Below are positions 21,117-31,475 of a stretch of 64,000 bases of DNA, piece after piece. The position numbers were made by a program, and so were the translations under genes. Every line of letters starts with the position of its first letter. The first letter of the stretch is position 1. The DNA comes from Bdellovibrionales bacterium (GTDB lineage: Bacteria; Bdellovibrionota; Bdellovibrionia; Bdellovibrionales; UBA1609). The notes beneath the pieces are model-generated. The model worked only from the letters and a program-made list of their open reading frames with translations, had not been told where the DNA came from and did not search any database. The stretch lies in the NCBI GenBank assembly GCA_041690295.1, contig JAWLHR010000002.1:64001-128000 (forward strand). Direction: 5' to 3'.

Positions 21117-21986
21117 TCAAGCCCTTTCCCCGAACTTCAACTTTTCTTTCAGCAGATCAAAATAATTGCTTCCCGGTCGCCGTAAAAAGGCATGGTCCGA
21201 GGCGTCACGAACCACACTGATTTCATCATCCGCCGACAGAGTCGCCACCTTCACACCATCGACCGTCACTTCCGCTTGCCCTTCGGTGGTTAATTGAATG
21301 CGCCGGTCTTCCGGGCAAATGAACGGGCGGCTGGTCAAACTGTGCGGGCAAATGGGCGTGACCACGAGCGCGTTCACTTCTGGATGCAGAATCGGTCCGC
21401 CGGCGGCGAGGTTGTACGCGCTGGAACCTGTCGGTGTGGCCACGATCAAACCATCCGCCTTCAGCGAAGTGATCGGTTGATCTTCAACCGCCATATGAAT
21501 GGAAATCAAGCGGCTCAGTGAACCCCGCTCGAGCACCAGATCGTTCAGCGCCGTCAGGGATTTTTTCACTTTGCCCTTGGAGCGAAGTTCGATGCGGATC
21601 ATGGATCGGCGCTTGATCTCAAGCTTTCCGGTCAAGGCCATTTCCAGCATCGTGTAAACATCCTTCGACCTGTTAACGGTTAAAAAACCGAGCCCGCCGA
21701 GATTGAAACCAAGAAGAGGCACGCGCTCACCCTTCAGCATACGAACCGCTTCGAGGTAGGTTCCATCTCCCCCCAAGACCACGACGAGATCCAAATTCTT
21801 GGCGGCGGAGACCTTCTTTGCGCCTTTCAAACTTTGCTCAGGGTGGGAGTAAACTTCGATCTTGCGCTTTTTCAGCCAGTCCGCCACCTGTGAAGCCAGT
21901 CTTGCCGCATCCTTCGTGCCGAAGCGATGGACGATCGCGACTCGTTTTACCTTTTCTTTGAAGAGTTCAATTCTTCTAACCGCCAT
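21117..21986 (-). CDS. nadK: NAD kinase
   Basis: LGGDGT, GGLGFL, LND and TPTGSSAYNLAAGGP motifs. Confidence 0.96.
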   Translation of the reverse strand: MAVRRIELFKEKVKRVAIVHRFGTKDAARLASQVADWLKKRKIEVYSHPEQSLKGAKKVSAAKNLDLVVVLGGDGTYLEAVRMLKGERVPLLGFNLGGLGFLTVNRSKDVYTMLEMALTGKLEIKRRSMIRIELRSKGKVKKSLTALNDLVLERGSLSRLISIHMAVEDQPITSLKADGLIVATPTGSSAYNLAAGGPILHPEVNALVVTPICPHSLTSRPFICPEDRRIQLTTEGQAEVTVDGVKVATLSADDEISVVRDASDHAFLRRPGSNYFDLLKEKLKFGERA

Positions 21987-21997
21987 CGTCTCAATCC

Positions 21998-24022
21998 TTA
22001 AGAGATCAATCCGTCGCGCCGGAGCAAAGCTTCAGGGTCCGGCTTGCGTCCGCGGAACTTCTCATAAAGCCGCATCGGGTGATCACTTCCCCCTTTTGAC
22101 AAAATACATTCTTCGAATCGCCGGGCCGTTTCGCGATCAAAAATTCCCTTTTCTTTGAAATATTCGAACGCATCCGCATCCAGCGCTTCCGCCCACTTGT
22201 AGCTGTAGTAACCGGAGGAGTAACCACCGCCGAAAATGTGTTGGAACGCTGTGGATGTGCAGGTTTCCGGGATATCCGGAAGGACGCTTATATCACCTAA
22301 CACCTTGGCTTCGAACGCGGTGATGTTATTGTCCGCCGGCGGGTTCATGAACCAGTTCATGTCGAGCATGGCGAAGCGAAGTTGACGAAGCGCCAGGTAA
22401 CCCGCCTGGAATCTTTGCGAGGCTTTCAAGCGTTGCAAAAGGTCACGGGGCAAAACTTCACCCGTTTGGTAATGAACCGCGAAGGTCTTCAACAGTTCTT
22501 CTTCCTCGGCCCAATTTTCCATGATTTGCGAGGGCAGCTCCACGAAGTCCAAATACACATTGGTTCCGGCGAGCGAGCGGTATTTCACGTTCGACAAGAG
22601 ACTGTGAAGGGCATGGCCGAATTCGTGGAAAATGGTTTTGACCTCATCAAAGGTCAAAAGCGAAGGACGCTCCGATGTCGGCTTCGTGAAATTACACACG
22701 ATACTGACGTGGGGGCGGATGCGCTCGCCACGGAAAGTCCCCTGCTCGAAAAAGTTGGTCATCCAGGCGCCGCTGGACTTGGTCGCGCGAGGGAAGAAGT
22801 CGGCGTAAAACAGTCCCATGAACTCGCCGGTTTTTTCGCGCGTGACCTCATAGACCTGGACATCCGGATGATAAACGGGAAGATCTTTGTTCAACGTGAA
22901 CTTCAGATTGAACAACCGGTTGGCCAGATGGAAAACACCGCTCAGAACGTTTTCCAGTTTGAAGTACGGCCGCAATGACTCCTCGTCAAAAGCGTACTTC
23001 TTCTCTTTGAGCTTCTCCGAGTAAAATAAGAAATCATATTGTTGAAGGGGATTGGGCCCACCCATCTCGTCGGCCAATTGCTGAACTTCTCGCACATCTT
23101 TTTCAGCGGCCGGTTTCACCACGGTCAACATCTTGTGGAGGAATTCCATGACCGTTTGCGGAGTCTCCGCCATGCGGGTCTGCAACGCCCATTCGGCGAA
23201 ATTCTTCGACCCCAGAAGATTGGCTTTCTCGGTCATGAGCGCGATGATTTCTTCAATCACCGGCCGGTTATCATATTTTCCGCCGAGGCCGTTTTTGAAG
23301 TAAGCCCGATAAAGTTTCTCGCGCAACTCCCGCTTTTCACTGAAGCGCATGAAGGGCTGATAAGAAGGATATTGCAAAGTGAAAAGCCATTTATCCGGAT
23401 GACCTTTTTCCTTGGCGGCCTCTTTGGCGGCGTCACGCGCGGTTTTCGGAAGGCCCGCGAGATCCGATTCTTGGTCGATCCAGAGTTCAAAATCGTTCAC
23501 GTACTTGAGCACGTTCTCGCGGAATTTGGGTTGCAGCTGGGAGAGGCGCTCATCGATGGCGCGCAATCGGTTTTTCGCCTCGGGATCGAGGTTCGCGCCG
23601 CTGCGACTGAAGTCGAGATAAAGTTTTTCAACCAGATATCGCCCTTCCGGATCGGAGGCGAGTTGATCGCGCTTGTCATAAACTTCCTTCACGCGCGCGA
23701 AGATGTCCGGGTCGAGCAGGATATCATTGGTGAACGCGGCCGCCTTCGGTCCCATTTCCATGGAGAGCTTTTGCAGTTCATCATTGCCATGGGCGAGCAG
23801 AAGGTTATTGAAGACGAGATTCACGAACTCGACGTCCTCGGTGCTTCGCTCGAGGCCGAGAATCGTGTTTTCAAAACTTGCCGGTTTGGATTTGATCTCT
23901 TCGAGAATCCGGCGACCCTTGTTGATCGCTTCATCCATCGCGGGCAAGAAGTGATCCGGTCGGATTTGATCAAAGGGAACAGCATTATATTTTAACGTGG
24001 ATTTTTCGATGATTGGGTTCAT
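21998..24022 (-). CDS. M3 family metallopeptidase (Dcp/oligopeptidase A-like)
   Basis: FHEFGHALH, DFVELPSQIMENW and GYSSGYYSYKWAE motifs; start moved to ATG 24022. Confidence 0.95.
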   Translation of the reverse strand: MNPIIEKSTLKYNAVPFDQIRPDHFLPAMDEAINKGRRILEEIKSKPASFENTILGLERSTEDVEFVNLVFNNLLLAHGNDELQKLSMEMGPKAAAFTNDILLDPDIFARVKEVYDKRDQLASDPEGRYLVEKLYLDFSRSGANLDPEAKNRLRAIDERLSQLQPKFRENVLKYVNDFELWIDQESDLAGLPKTARDAAKEAAKEKGHPDKWLFTLQYPSYQPFMRFSEKRELREKLYRAYFKNGLGGKYDNRPVIEEIIALMTEKANLLGSKNFAEWALQTRMAETPQTVMEFLHKMLTVVKPAAEKDVREVQQLADEMGGPNPLQQYDFLFYSEKLKEKKYAFDEESLRPYFKLENVLSGVFHLANRLFNLKFTLNKDLPVYHPDVQVYEVTREKTGEFMGLFYADFFPRATKSSGAWMTNFFEQGTFRGERIRPHVSIVCNFTKPTSERPSLLTFDEVKTIFHEFGHALHSLLSNVKYRSLAGTNVYLDFVELPSQIMENWAEEEELLKTFAVHYQTGEVLPRDLLQRLKASQRFQAGYLALRQLRFAMLDMNWFMNPPADNNITAFEAKVLGDISVLPDIPETCTSTAFQHIFGGGYSSGYYSYKWAEALDADAFEYFKEKGIFDRETARRFEECILSKGGSDHPMRLYEKFRGRKPDPEALLRRDGLIS

Positions 24023-24418
24023 TACTGAGGAGTACCAACTTGCCCTGTGGGACGCAAGATCCCCCGTCGTTGACAATCCGCGTGCACGGCTCCGGTGAGC
24101 CCTTGTCGTCCGCCGGTCGGACGGGCGTCTGTTCTGATGGGCAATCTAAACCCTCCTCCGAAACGGTCGCCGCCGTTCATGGGACGAATTCGTCCAGTTC
24201 CCAAGCCCCAACGCCGTGGCGGGAGCTATCGATGAGAAATAAATTTGTTCTGGATGGTCAGTGGAATCCCAATTTGAGCTCGGCATCCGAACGCCATCGG
24301 GTCCACTTTCGCATCTCTGAAGTCACCCTCACCGCGACACGCCACCTTGTGCCTTCAGCTTGACCGTGGAGCGATGGGGTATTAGGTTGGCGGGAGTCCG
24401 AGCAAAGGCGAGGTGAAC

Positions 24419-24967
24419 ATGGGCGCGCGGGGGCGAGCCAGACAAATGGAATTCGATGGCGCGGGGTTGGGGAAACTCGGTGACCGGTTTGGGGGGAGTC
24501 TTCTTAAAGGCCATCCCAAGCGAGGTCGTCCCCTGGAGTCCAAGCTTCCGATCCATGTTGTGCTTCGAGCCACACGGGGTGGGATGCGCCTGCCGAAATC
24601 GTATGCGACGGTGAATGGAATTGTGAACCAAACAGCCAAAAAATACGGCGTCACAGTTTATAAGTTCGCGAACGTGGGCAATCATCTTCACTTGCTGATT
24701 AAACTCCCAAAAGTTCAACGATGGGCGGGCTTTATCCGTGAGCTCACGGGCCGGATCGCTCAATTTATGCGTGAATCCGTCGGTGTCCCGAGCGATGAAT
24801 CTTTTTGGCGGTTTCGGCCCTATACGAGAATCATTCGTGGCTGGAAACAGGCCTTCCGCACCATTCTTGAATACATTCACCTGAATCACCTTGAAGCCGA
24901 GGGATTTATTTCGCGAAAAGAAACGAAGACGCTTAAGGACCTTCGCGCGATCTGGGCGGATGGGTGA
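24419..24967 (+). mobile_element. HUH Y1 transposase-like protein (RAYT-like), copy 2
   Basis: Clear paralog of 11780-12334 (FGGSLLKG, NVGNHLHLLIK, LEAEGFISRKET, LKDLRAIW); ATG follows GAGGTG. Confidence 0.85.
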
Positions 24968-25064
24968 GAGGCTGTTACGAATAGGCCCGAGCCGCGGCCA
25001 TCCGAAGCGCGGAAGCTCTATCCGTTGGCTTATGACGTGTTCCGTTCCAGTCCGTGTCGGCTGT

Positions 25065-25097
25065 TTCAACCGGAGGAGTTCACCACTTCCGGTTGAA
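25065..25097. other. Inverted repeat (TTCAACCGGA / TCCGGTTGAA) between convergent genes
   Basis: 10-bp perfect arms; possible terminator or REP-like hairpin. Confidence 0.55.
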
Positions 25098-25196
25098 TGA
25101 GCGGGCCGTGCGCATCACGCCGCTCAATCGATTTTCGTTGCGGTCCAAGTAAGAGAATTTCCGGCGTCAAGCCGCCACCCGGCCCATCTCGCAACC

Positions 25197-25586
25197 CTAC
25201 TGTCGGAACAAAAGTTTTATCGTGTCCGAATAAGGTTTGGCGAAAAACGCGAGGTAACTTAATAGGACGCCCGCGAGAATGGCGATGGGGAGTCCGCTGG
25301 GCGCCATGAAGGCATGAACCAAAAAAATATTGAGAACGATCGGAGCCAACACGACCAGCGCGAGGGGCACGAACCGGCCCGTCAGCAAAAGCAATCCGCA
25401 AATGGTTTCCGTTCCCTTCAGCAATGTGAAAAAGTAACCACTGGCGGCCAAACCGTTATTGAACGTCTGCAAGCGCTCCGGCAGATCCGGCGGCGGTGGA
25501 ATCAGGTTAAATAGTCCAATGAGTCCAAATACGAAAAAGATTAATCCCAATAGGATTCGTGCGATCAAGGGAAGCTTGGCCTTCAT
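25197..25586 (-). CDS. DoxX-family membrane protein
   Basis: ARILLGLIFFVFG, ETICGLLLL and PIVLNIFLVH; AGGAG RBS. Confidence 0.8.
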   Translation of the reverse strand: MKAKLPLIARILLGLIFFVFGLIGLFNLIPPPPDLPERLQTFNNGLAASGYFFTLLKGTETICGLLLLTGRFVPLALVVLAPIVLNIFLVHAFMAPSGLPIAILAGVLLSYLAFFAKPYSDTIKLLFRQ

Positions 25587-25663
25587 GATGTCTCCTTTTC
25601 ATCAGTTGAGCGGACGATTGGCGATTTGTCCATCGCATCTCACGATAAAAAGGCGCACCAAAC

Positions 25664-25690
25664 AAAAAACCCGGACTTTTTAGTCCGGGT
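25664..25690 (-). terminator. Rho-independent terminator
   Basis: ACCCGGACT / AGTCCGGGT stem followed by a U-run on the minus strand, downstream of 25725-26339. Confidence 0.8.
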
Positions 25691-25724
25691 CGAGCTCACG
25701 CTCCGTTGAAATTCCGAATCACAA

Positions 25725-26339
25725 TTAGAAGCAGAAGTTACCGCCGAAGGGGAGTCCGTAGCTGGTCAAGTCGATGAAGATCGAGTTGCCGCAGTACCCG
25801 CCGTTATCAACGTAAGGCGGATAGTAGTAGTAGTAATCATAGTTGCGGTAGTACGGAGTTCCGTAGGTGTACTGATCGATATTGATCCCGCCGTAACCGA
25901 TGTTCACGCACTGAAGTTGACCTTGGAAATACATCGGAACATAGAAGGCGCCGAGATGCCAATATTGTTGGTTCCAGGTATCGCAACCTTGCCCGATGAG
26001 TTGTCCGTAGGGGTACTGACCCGGATAGTACCAAGTCTGATTGTTAACGGTGACCGTCGTGCCGGGCGTACACTGAACCAGCTGTCCGAACTGATTGGTG
26101 TAGTAGTTGTTCGGTGCGGCCGGGCAGGTGATCTGCTGGGCGGCCGGCGTACACGGATTGTTCGTTCCAATCACCGTGTATCCACCAGTGAGCGGATTCA
26201 GAACACACTGGCTTCCGGGAGTCGAGGCGGCGGGCGCGCTGGGCGACGAGCTGGTTTTCTTCTTATTACCGCAAGCACCCAAGCTCACCACCACGAAGGC
26301 GGCCAGCAATGTCGTTGCTAAATAGTTAAAGGGTCTCAT
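25725..26339 (-). CDS. Tyr/Gly/Cys-rich lipoprotein
   Basis: Lipobox LGAC, Ser/Pro linker, YYYYY run; GGAG RBS. Confidence 0.8.
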   Translation of the reverse strand: MRPFNYLATTLLAAFVVVSLGACGNKKKTSSSPSAPAASTPGSQCVLNPLTGGYTVIGTNNPCTPAAQQITCPAAPNNYYTNQFGQLVQCTPGTTVTVNNQTWYYPGQYPYGQLIGQGCDTWNQQYWHLGAFYVPMYFQGQLQCVNIGYGGINIDQYTYGTPYYRNYDYYYYYPPYVDNGGYCGNSIFIDLTSYGLPFGGNFCF

Positions 26340-26513
26340 AGGACTCCCTCCAAATTAAAAGTCCAAAACCTTAAAGCCACTAAATGGGGCTATACACAGC
26401 CGATATATTCCAAAGCCTGTGCCACCTTTGTAAAAAATATATGGCAGCCTGGCGCCCTCAGGTGCCGGGAATTGTCACTTTAAAGGGGGCTGGGACCGAA
26501 AATCGCCAGCCAG

Positions 26514-28097
26514 CTAGGGGGCCGTCCCTATCTTATATATATTGAGTCCGGAATAGGGGCCTGAATCCGCCTGCTCGCTTAAATACAATTGGCCATCCAG
26601 CTCCGTGAGAACCCCCGAATAAGGAAGGGACTTGGCCGGGCGGGCTGAAGCTCGGCGGGGGGCCGTGGGGTAAAACCGCGAACCCTGGCGATCGGAGACG
26701 GCCAACCAGGTGGAGGCGCCGGATTCGAAGGGGTGGGGATTGGTGAGGCTCGCTCCCTCAGGTGTGATGGCCTTGAATTGAGGTGATTTCCGGGCTTCGC
26801 TTAAGTCGGCGACCTCGATTCGATTTTGAAACTCGGCGAAAATCAATAACCGTCCATCGGCACTTTGAAAAAACAGAGGGGCAACCGAGGGCCTTCGGGG
26901 CTCAAGTAAGCTTTTCGAGGGTTGGTCATCCCGGAAGTTTCGGATGGAGAGTCCCACAGCCCTCTGGGAGTACGCCACCCACAATTCACTTTCATCGGTG
27001 GCGTACATCGCGGGATGTGTACACTCCCGACAATCGATTTGCCATTTGAGCTGCCATTGACCAGCCCGGTATTTTAAGACTTGAAGCCGATCGCCATCGA
27101 TTCGAGTAACCCACAATTGAGAACCCCGCCGGGAAAAGTTCGCGGGCGTAAACGCGACGGCTGAGGTCAACGAATTTTGATGATTCAGGTCCGCCAGCCA
27201 GAATCGGCCGTCGGCCGACGACCAATGCAAAAACTCCTGATCATGGTCAAAGCTGAGGATGCCTTGGACTCGGCCCTTCGGGGAGAGGTCGAATGTGTCC
27301 GAGGAAATCACATCGCTATAGAGTCTTGTCTTCAGCCGGTGGAGTTTCGCGCTTCTGAATATGGGCGTCGGCGGGATCCAGTAAACATTGAGAACAGGCG
27401 GTTCCGGATGCTCCACATGCCAGGACATGTGGATAAAGCCCCCGGTTCTGAGATCCTCCAGGTGGATCGGAAGACTCCAGACGTTTTGTTTTCTAAGTAG
27501 CGAATGCGCCTCGATGGACCCATCGCCGGTGGCGATCGCGAAAACCGGTTCGGAATTATGGTCCCGGATAAACACCGGGCCGGATTTCACTTCTATTTTC
27601 GGCACGCTGTAAATGGGAGTTATTGAGAAATCAGCCGGTGCCTCCTTGGAACCGGACGGCTTGATGCCGCGGGATCCAAGGTGAGTGACCGATATATAAA
27701 ACTCTTGAAGTTCCAGCGTGATCAGGGGCCACTCACTCCGCAGAGACGGAGATCGAATCATTAAGTTGAAGCTCCGCTCGTAAGATTCCGCCAGGGATCC
27801 GGGCCGGCTCATTGAAATCGGGTTCTCCGGCATCGGAGCATGCGCGATCTGATAGATGCGCTCGGCTGAAATCACTTTCGAGGCGTAGGCTTGTTCAACC
27901 AGGAGGGTGAAGCGATGACGGGGGTGGAGTGCTTCCTCGCAACCCACGGCCAAGGACGCCTTGCCTTTCCCAACGGTTAGCAAAAAAAGAGCGGAGAACA
28001 GCCAGCCTTTAATTTTCTGGTGTGGGTTGTTCGGGAGGAACTTCCGGTTTTTCCGGCTCTTGCGGCGGTGTTTCTGTTTTATCGTGATACTTCTCAA
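26514..28097 (-). CDS. Secreted hypothetical protein, possibly beta-propeller (start uncertain)
   Basis: Long ORF; signal-like KIKGWLFSALFLLTVG near 28015; repeated short beta-strand/Trp motifs. Confidence 0.55.
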   Translation of the reverse strand: MRSITIKQKHRRKSRKNRKFLPNNPHQKIKGWLFSALFLLTVGKGKASLAVGCEEALHPRHRFTLLVEQAYASKVISAERIYQIAHAPMPENPISMSRPGSLAESYERSFNLMIRSPSLRSEWPLITLELQEFYISVTHLGSRGIKPSGSKEAPADFSITPIYSVPKIEVKSGPVFIRDHNSEPVFAIATGDGSIEAHSLLRKQNVWSLPIHLEDLRTGGFIHMSWHVEHPEPPVLNVYWIPPTPIFRSAKLHRLKTRLYSDVISSDTFDLSPKGRVQGILSFDHDQEFLHWSSADGRFWLADLNHQNSLTSAVAFTPANFSRRGSQLWVTRIDGDRLQVLKYRAGQWQLKWQIDCRECTHPAMYATDESELWVAYSQRAVGLSIRNFRDDQPSKSLLEPRRPSVAPLFFQSADGRLLIFAEFQNRIEVADLSEARKSPQFKAITPEGASLTNPHPFESGASTWLAVSDRQGSRFYPTAPRRASARPAKSLPYSGVLTELDGQLYLSEQADSGPYSGLNIYKIGTAP

Positions 28098-28326
28098 ACC
28101 ATCCCCTCAATTCATCGTATTTTGGACTCTCGATGGGTTTCGGAACTGGAATTTCATAGTTGGTCGGACTGATGAGCAGCGACATCGGGAAAATCAACTC
28201 GGTTTCACATTCGTTGATATGAGCCTCGCGATCCGCCACCGCGAGGTTGGGGATCAAAAGGGCGATGATTGTGGCGAAAACGGTCGCTTGAGTACACTGT
28301 TGGAAGTGGGATTTAAGATATCGCAT
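28009..28326 (-). CDS. Small secreted protein with Pro/Glu-rich tail
   Basis: Signal-like IIALLIPNLAVA; tail PPQEPEKPEVPPEQPTPEN. Confidence 0.6.
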   Translation of the reverse strand: MRYLKSHFQQCTQATVFATIIALLIPNLAVADREAHINECETELIFPMSLLISPTNYEIPVPKPIESPKYDELRGWFEKYHDKTETPPQEPEKPEVPPEQPTPEN

Positions 28327-28383
28327 TTCGACTGGAGCCGCTGCAAAGTCTGTGCATATAATTGGAAGTTGGGGAGGGATAAC

Positions 28384-28929
28384 ATGAAACGGTTGGTATG
28401 GGCTTCGATCCTATTGGTTGGACTGGTCCCAAGCACATGGGCGGATTCGCCGTACAAGCGTACGCTCTCGGTTAAAAAGAACAACTTCTCGGATGACGGC
28501 GTTTTCATCGGCGGCAAAGCCGGCTCGGGAATTTCTTTACTTAATGTGAGGCGATTTTATTCACCGAAAAAGCATCTTGAACGCGTCGTTATAGAGGTGG
28601 GAGATAAGGACGCGAATCCCCATTTGAAAGAATTGGGCTATTTCCAGGTGAGCCTTGATAAACAACATAAGCGGATCGTGGTGGATCTCGCGCAGCTTAA
28701 GCTTTCGCGAGTGTCCGAGAGAGCGGTGCAGCGTCTGTTCAAAAAAAGTCCAATCGTATCGGAAGTGAACTTGACTTTGGACCCGGAAGATAAGGCGGCG
28801 ACCTTGGTGCTGAATTTGAAGCACCCCGTCCGAATGGAGGTCTTTCAAAAAACGAAGGCGAATGAACCTGGACGAATCGTCATCGATTACATGCTCGCCA
28901 AGAACGCAGAGGTCGGGGTAAAAAGATAG
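28384..28929 (+). CDS. Secreted AMIN-like domain protein
   Basis: GGGAGG RBS before ATG 28384; signal peptide; ERVVIE...PGRIVID. Confidence 0.7.
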   Translation: MKRLVWASILLVGLVPSTWADSPYKRTLSVKKNNFSDDGVFIGGKAGSGISLLNVRRFYSPKKHLERVVIEVGDKDANPHLKELGYFQVSLDKQHKRIVVDLAQLKLSRVSERAVQRLFKKSPIVSEVNLTLDPEDKAATLVLNLKHPVRMEVFQKTKANEPGRIVIDYMLAKNAEVGVKR

Positions 28930-29679
28930 ATGTTTCGGATCGGCTATATCCTGCTCATCCTAGCGCTGGTCCCGGCCGAGGCCCGCGTCTTCAGTTACAA
29001 GGATTCCGGAATCGGAATGATGTTGCGGACAACCGGCGGCTTATCAAAAGTGGGCAACGAACCCTACGCCCATTCAAGCGGCACGGACACGGTTTTAGAT
29101 GACGGGAGTAAATACTTTTATAGTGGTGAGCTGGCCGTCTCCTTTGCCTTATTGAAAGACGTCATTATCCGGATCGGCGCGGAGTTGATACAGCATCGTC
29201 CGGTGGAAGTCACGGGGACCAACCCGGCCGGCGACGCCCGCTTTACCCTGAATTCCACAACCGGCGCATGGAATCCCAATGTGGCCTTTGAATTCATACT
29301 CAAAGAATCCGGTCACACGCGCTATTTGATGGAAGTCGGCGCGGGCTATGCGGACATCACGGTTGAAAACCGTTACAAAATGGCCGACGGAAACGACCTC
29401 GGGGTTGGCGACTTCAATGAGAAGTTATCGGCCACGGGAATTTCAGGTCACCTGGCTTTTGGGGTTGAAACCCATTTTGTTGATACGGTCACGTTCATCG
29501 CGCTACTTGGCTACCGCTATATGCCGGTTCCGGAATTAAAATATAAAGGCGATGTGCAAAACATCGTGAATCCCGCGGGCGCGGCGGAGGGCGAACCGGC
29601 GTTGAATCACGAGGGCGGTAAGCGAACATTGGACATGGGCGGACCTTTTTTAGGCTTGGCTCTTCGCTTTCATATATAG
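28930..29679 (+). CDS. Outer membrane beta-barrel protein
   Basis: Signal peptide, amphipathic strands, C-terminal GPFLGLALRFHI. Confidence 0.7.
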   Translation: MFRIGYILLILALVPAEARVFSYKDSGIGMMLRTTGGLSKVGNEPYAHSSGTDTVLDDGSKYFYSGELAVSFALLKDVIIRIGAELIQHRPVEVTGTNPAGDARFTLNSTTGAWNPNVAFEFILKESGHTRYLMEVGAGYADITVENRYKMADGNDLGVGDFNEKLSATGISGHLAFGVETHFVDTVTFIALLGYRYMPVPELKYKGDVQNIVNPAGAAEGEPALNHEGGKRTLDMGGPFLGLALRFHI

Positions 29680-29708
29680 GTCATCGTCCAATAGGTATCG
29701 CGCCCTCT

Positions 29709-31433
29709 TTAGTAGAGGGCGTCGATTTCCGTTTTAAATTTCTCGTCGCAAACCCGGCGCTTGACTTTCAATGACGGCGTCAATTCGCCTCTTTCAATGG
29801 AAAAATCCTGGGGAAGGATCTTGAAATTCTTGATCGTTTCATAACTGGCCAGTTGTGAATTGGCGCGGGCCACTTCCTTGCGCACCAGTTGCACGACTTC
29901 CTCGCGTTGAATCAGCGATCGGTAATCCTTGTAGGTCCAATTATTTTCGCGCGCCAATTTCTTGATGTACGGTTCATTGAGCGTGATCAACGCCACGACG
30001 TATTTCCGGCGGTCACCATGAATCAAAACCTGTGAAATCAGCGGGCTGAGTTTCAGAAGATTTTCCAGTTTTTGAGGAGCGACGTATTTTCCACCGGCGG
30101 TTTTAATCAGATCTTTCTTGCGGTCAATGATGCGTAAGAATCCCCGGGGGGTCCATTCGCCGATGTCACCGGTACGGAAAAATCCATCCCCGTCAAAGGC
30201 TTGTTGGGTGGCGCTTTCATCACGGTAATAACCGGTCATGACTTTCTTCGAGCGAACCAGGATCTCACCGTCGGAATCTAGTTTGATCTCGACGTCCGTG
30301 AGCGGCCGTCCCACGGTTCCGAATTCATAGGCGGTCGGCGTGTTGGCGCAGATCGCGGCGGTGGTTTCGGTGAGCCCATAACCTTCCAACAGGAGCAAAC
30401 CCGCGCGATGAAAGAATTCGGCCAACTTGGGTTCGAGGGGAGCGCTGCCGCTCACGACGAAGCGAAGCCGTCCGCCGAGGTGCTCGCGGAGTTGGCGGTA
30501 AATCAGCAAGTCCGCCGCCATCTGGGGCAAAAAAGATTCCTTGTCGCTCAGCCAGTGAAACAGGCGTTTGCGAAGCGCGCTTCCTTCGATGGACGTAATA
30601 AGTCCGGCGTGGATTTTTTCAAAAATGCGGGGAACGCCGATCATCACCGTGGGTTTGACTTCGCGGATGTTCTCACGAAGACGCTCAATGCTTTGGGCGA
30701 AGTTCAGGGTGAAACCCACATGCAGATTCAACCACATCTCCGTTCGCCCAAGGACATGGGCGAAGGGTAGAAAACAAAGACTGGAATCCACCGGCGAGAT
30801 GGGAAACGCCCGGGTGATATCCTCGACCTCGCTCATGATTTGTTGATGAGTCAGCATGGCGCCTTTGGGTTCGCCGGTCGTGCCGGAGGTGTAAACAACG
30901 GTTGCCAGGGTTTCCGGGGTGACTTGATGAATCCGTTCTTCGAAATAAGTTGAACTCGCACCGAACTTTTCAAGGCCCAGATGAAGAAAAGAATCCCAAT
31001 CCAAAACCGGTTTGGAGCTTTCACCAGCGTCGATGCAAATCACTGATTCAACCGAGTTGATGCGTTTCGCGATCTGCTCCCACTTGCGCAGTTGAGCTTG
31101 ATTCTCGACCACCAGGACACGGGCGCCGGAGTGATTCAATATCCACTCGACTTCCTCGGACCGGTTCGATTCGTATATCGGAACAATGACAGCACCCAGT
31201 CCCATGGTGCCCAGGTCCAGGGCGGCCCATTCCCATCGGGTCGAAGACAAAACGGCCACGCGATCACCGGCTTTCACGCCGAGGGCGGCAAGACTCAAGC
31301 CCACGGCTTCGCAAGTGCGGTAATAATCCTGCCAGGAAAGTTCGAGCCACGTGCGATGCCGCTTAAAACGAACCGCCGTCCATTTCGAAGGACGCTGACG
31401 CGCGGTTAGCAATTGTTGCACGATGGTTGGCAT
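29709..31433 (-). CDS. Long-chain fatty acid--CoA ligase
   Basis: YTSGTTGEPKG, EGYGLTET, FRTGDIG and LTPSLKVKR motifs. Confidence 0.95.
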   Translation of the reverse strand: MPTIVQQLLTARQRPSKWTAVRFKRHRTWLELSWQDYYRTCEAVGLSLAALGVKAGDRVAVLSSTRWEWAALDLGTMGLGAVIVPIYESNRSEEVEWILNHSGARVLVVENQAQLRKWEQIAKRINSVESVICIDAGESSKPVLDWDSFLHLGLEKFGASSTYFEERIHQVTPETLATVVYTSGTTGEPKGAMLTHQQIMSEVEDITRAFPISPVDSSLCFLPFAHVLGRTEMWLNLHVGFTLNFAQSIERLRENIREVKPTVMIGVPRIFEKIHAGLITSIEGSALRKRLFHWLSDKESFLPQMAADLLIYRQLREHLGGRLRFVVSGSAPLEPKLAEFFHRAGLLLLEGYGLTETTAAICANTPTAYEFGTVGRPLTDVEIKLDSDGEILVRSKKVMTGYYRDESATQQAFDGDGFFRTGDIGEWTPRGFLRIIDRKKDLIKTAGGKYVAPQKLENLLKLSPLISQVLIHGDRRKYVVALITLNEPYIKKLARENNWTYKDYRSLIQREEVVQLVRKEVARANSQLASYETIKNFKILPQDFSIERGELTPSLKVKRRVCDEKFKTEIDALY

Positions 31434-31475
31434 GAATGGCGAATTAGCATGCGCCCGATTTTGAGTCCAGCGCCT

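Noticed and set aside
23039..23995. Long antisense ORFs (also 7583-8413, 8915-9712, 32790-33602, 5852-6565)
   Set aside because: They lie opposite well-supported genes and are expected from codon bias in GC-rich DNA
24329..25069. 246-aa minus-strand ORF
   Set aside because: Antisense shadow of the RAYT-like gene with no recognisable motifs
27961..28383. N-terminal 141 aa of the 322-aa ORF
   Set aside because: It is antisense to more plausible minus-strand genes, and an RBS plus signal peptide place the start at 28384
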